A stretch of 64,000 bases of DNA from Stegostoma tigrinum (Eukaryota). Below are positions 62,867 through 64,000 of the stretch, in pieces (position 1 is the stretch's first letter; every line of letters begins with the position of its first letter). Position numbers and translations under genes: made by a program. The notes beneath the pieces were generated by a model, which had not been told where the DNA came from, searched no databases, and worked only from the letters and a program-made list of their open reading frames with translations. Where the stretch lies: assembly GCF_030684315.1 (NCBI RefSeq), contig NC_081380.1:44294771-44358770 (forward strand), written 5' to 3'.

Positions 62867-63852
62867 CCGCTGTGGCTTCCTCTACATTGGGGAAACCAAG
62901 CGGAGGCTTGGGGACCGCTTTGCAGAACACCTCCGCTCGGTTCGCAATAAAACTGCACCTCCCAGTCGCAAACCATTTCCACTCCCCCTCCCATTCTTTA
63001 GATGACATGTCCATCATGGGCCTCCTGCAGTGCCACAAGGATGCCACCCGAAGGTTGCAGGAACAGCAACTCATATTCCGCTTGGGAACCCTGCAGCCCA
63101 ATGGTATCAATGTGGACTTCACCAGCTTCAAAATCTCCCCTTCCCCCACCGCATCCCAAAACCAGCCCAGTTCATCCCCTCCCCCCACTGCATCACACAA
63201 CCAGCCCAGCTCTTCCCCTCCATCCTCCACTGTGTTAAAATTGGTCTTGGTGAGACACAATAACAGCTCAAAGGAAGCCTGAGAAAGCAGTTACATTAAA
63301 AACTACAAGCTAGTAAATTATGCAATGCTTATAGCAACCAGAAAGATCTCTCTTTGTATTTAATATTTAAATAATTAACTTTTCTCCTTTAAAGAAAATG
63401 AACTGACATCACCAACAAACTTTGGAAGGAATCTTCTTCCATTCCATCCCCTTCTTCCATTCTGCTGCAAGAAACCCACTTTATTCCCCTTCCCCTCCAA
63501 AACCAGTCCAGCCTGTCTCTGCCTCCCTAACCTGCTCTTCCTCTCACCCATCCCTTCCTCCCACCCCAAGCCGCACCTCTATCTCCTACCTACTAACCTC
63601 ATCCCACCTCCTTGACCTGTCCATCTTCCCTGGACTGACCTATCCCCTCCCTACCTCCCCACCTATACTCTTCTCTCCACCTATCTTCTTTTCTCTCCAT
63701 CTTCAGTCCGCCTCCCCCTCTCTCCCTATTTATTCCAGAACCCTCACCCTATCCCCCTCTCTGATGAAGGGTCTAGGCCCAAAACGTCAGCTTTTGTGCT
63801 CCTGAGATGCTGCTGGGCCTGCTGTGTTCATCCAGCCTCACATTTTATTATC
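62867..63852 (+). mobile_element. 5'-truncated Penelope-like insertion (GIY-YIG end + foreign filler + pLTR)
   Basis: YIGETKRRLGDRFAEH..LQEQQLIFRLGTLQPNGIN; ~39-bp tandem units 63140-63230; filler 63231-63495; pLTR with G-to-A mutated hammerhead 63761-63788; TSD ttgtagggaatc 62855-62866 / 63853-63864. Confidence 0.9.
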
Positions 63853-64000
63853 TTGTAGGGAATCAAAGTTTGGGACACATATTTTGAAACGAATTCTCTC
63901 AATTCCAATTTCAATGAACTACTTTACGAATGCAAGGGATTTGAACAAAAAAGAAGTGGCATTATTTTCTTGATGGCTGCTCTCAAAACTGATAAGTGCT

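Noticed and set aside
389-63805. ORF-track ORFs as host genes
   Set aside because: Short, mostly non-ATG starts, overlapping in several frames; the recognisable ones are LINE or Penelope fragments or translated SINEs

Overview
Eukaryotic, repeat-rich non-coding DNA, most likely from an elasmobranch (shark): it carries HE1-type V-SINEs, their partner HER1/CR1 LINEs and DeuSINE-like remnants. No intact host protein-coding gene is recognisable; the ORF-track hits I can interpret are decayed retroelement frames. Contents: many nested CR1/HER1 LINEs, a second APE-RT LINE family with a SINE built from its two ends, a solo LTR, L2 and Rex1-like tails, a Harbinger-like Myb remnant, and a near full-length Neptune-type Penelope-like element (RT + GIY-YIG, 28650-31294). 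The most striking signal is a set of about 15 short Penelope pLTR derivatives from at least three families. Most carry a minimal hammerhead-ribozyme motif (CTGANGA-A-stem-GAAA-CGTC), intact or decayed. Several form head-to-head palindromes that fold back at the ribozyme core and are flanked by 10-15 bp target-site duplications. One palindrome captured a 76-bp copy of DNA 1.6 kb upstream, and one has arms from two different subfamilies. Boundaries of decayed repeats are approximate and family names come from recognition by eye, not database searches.
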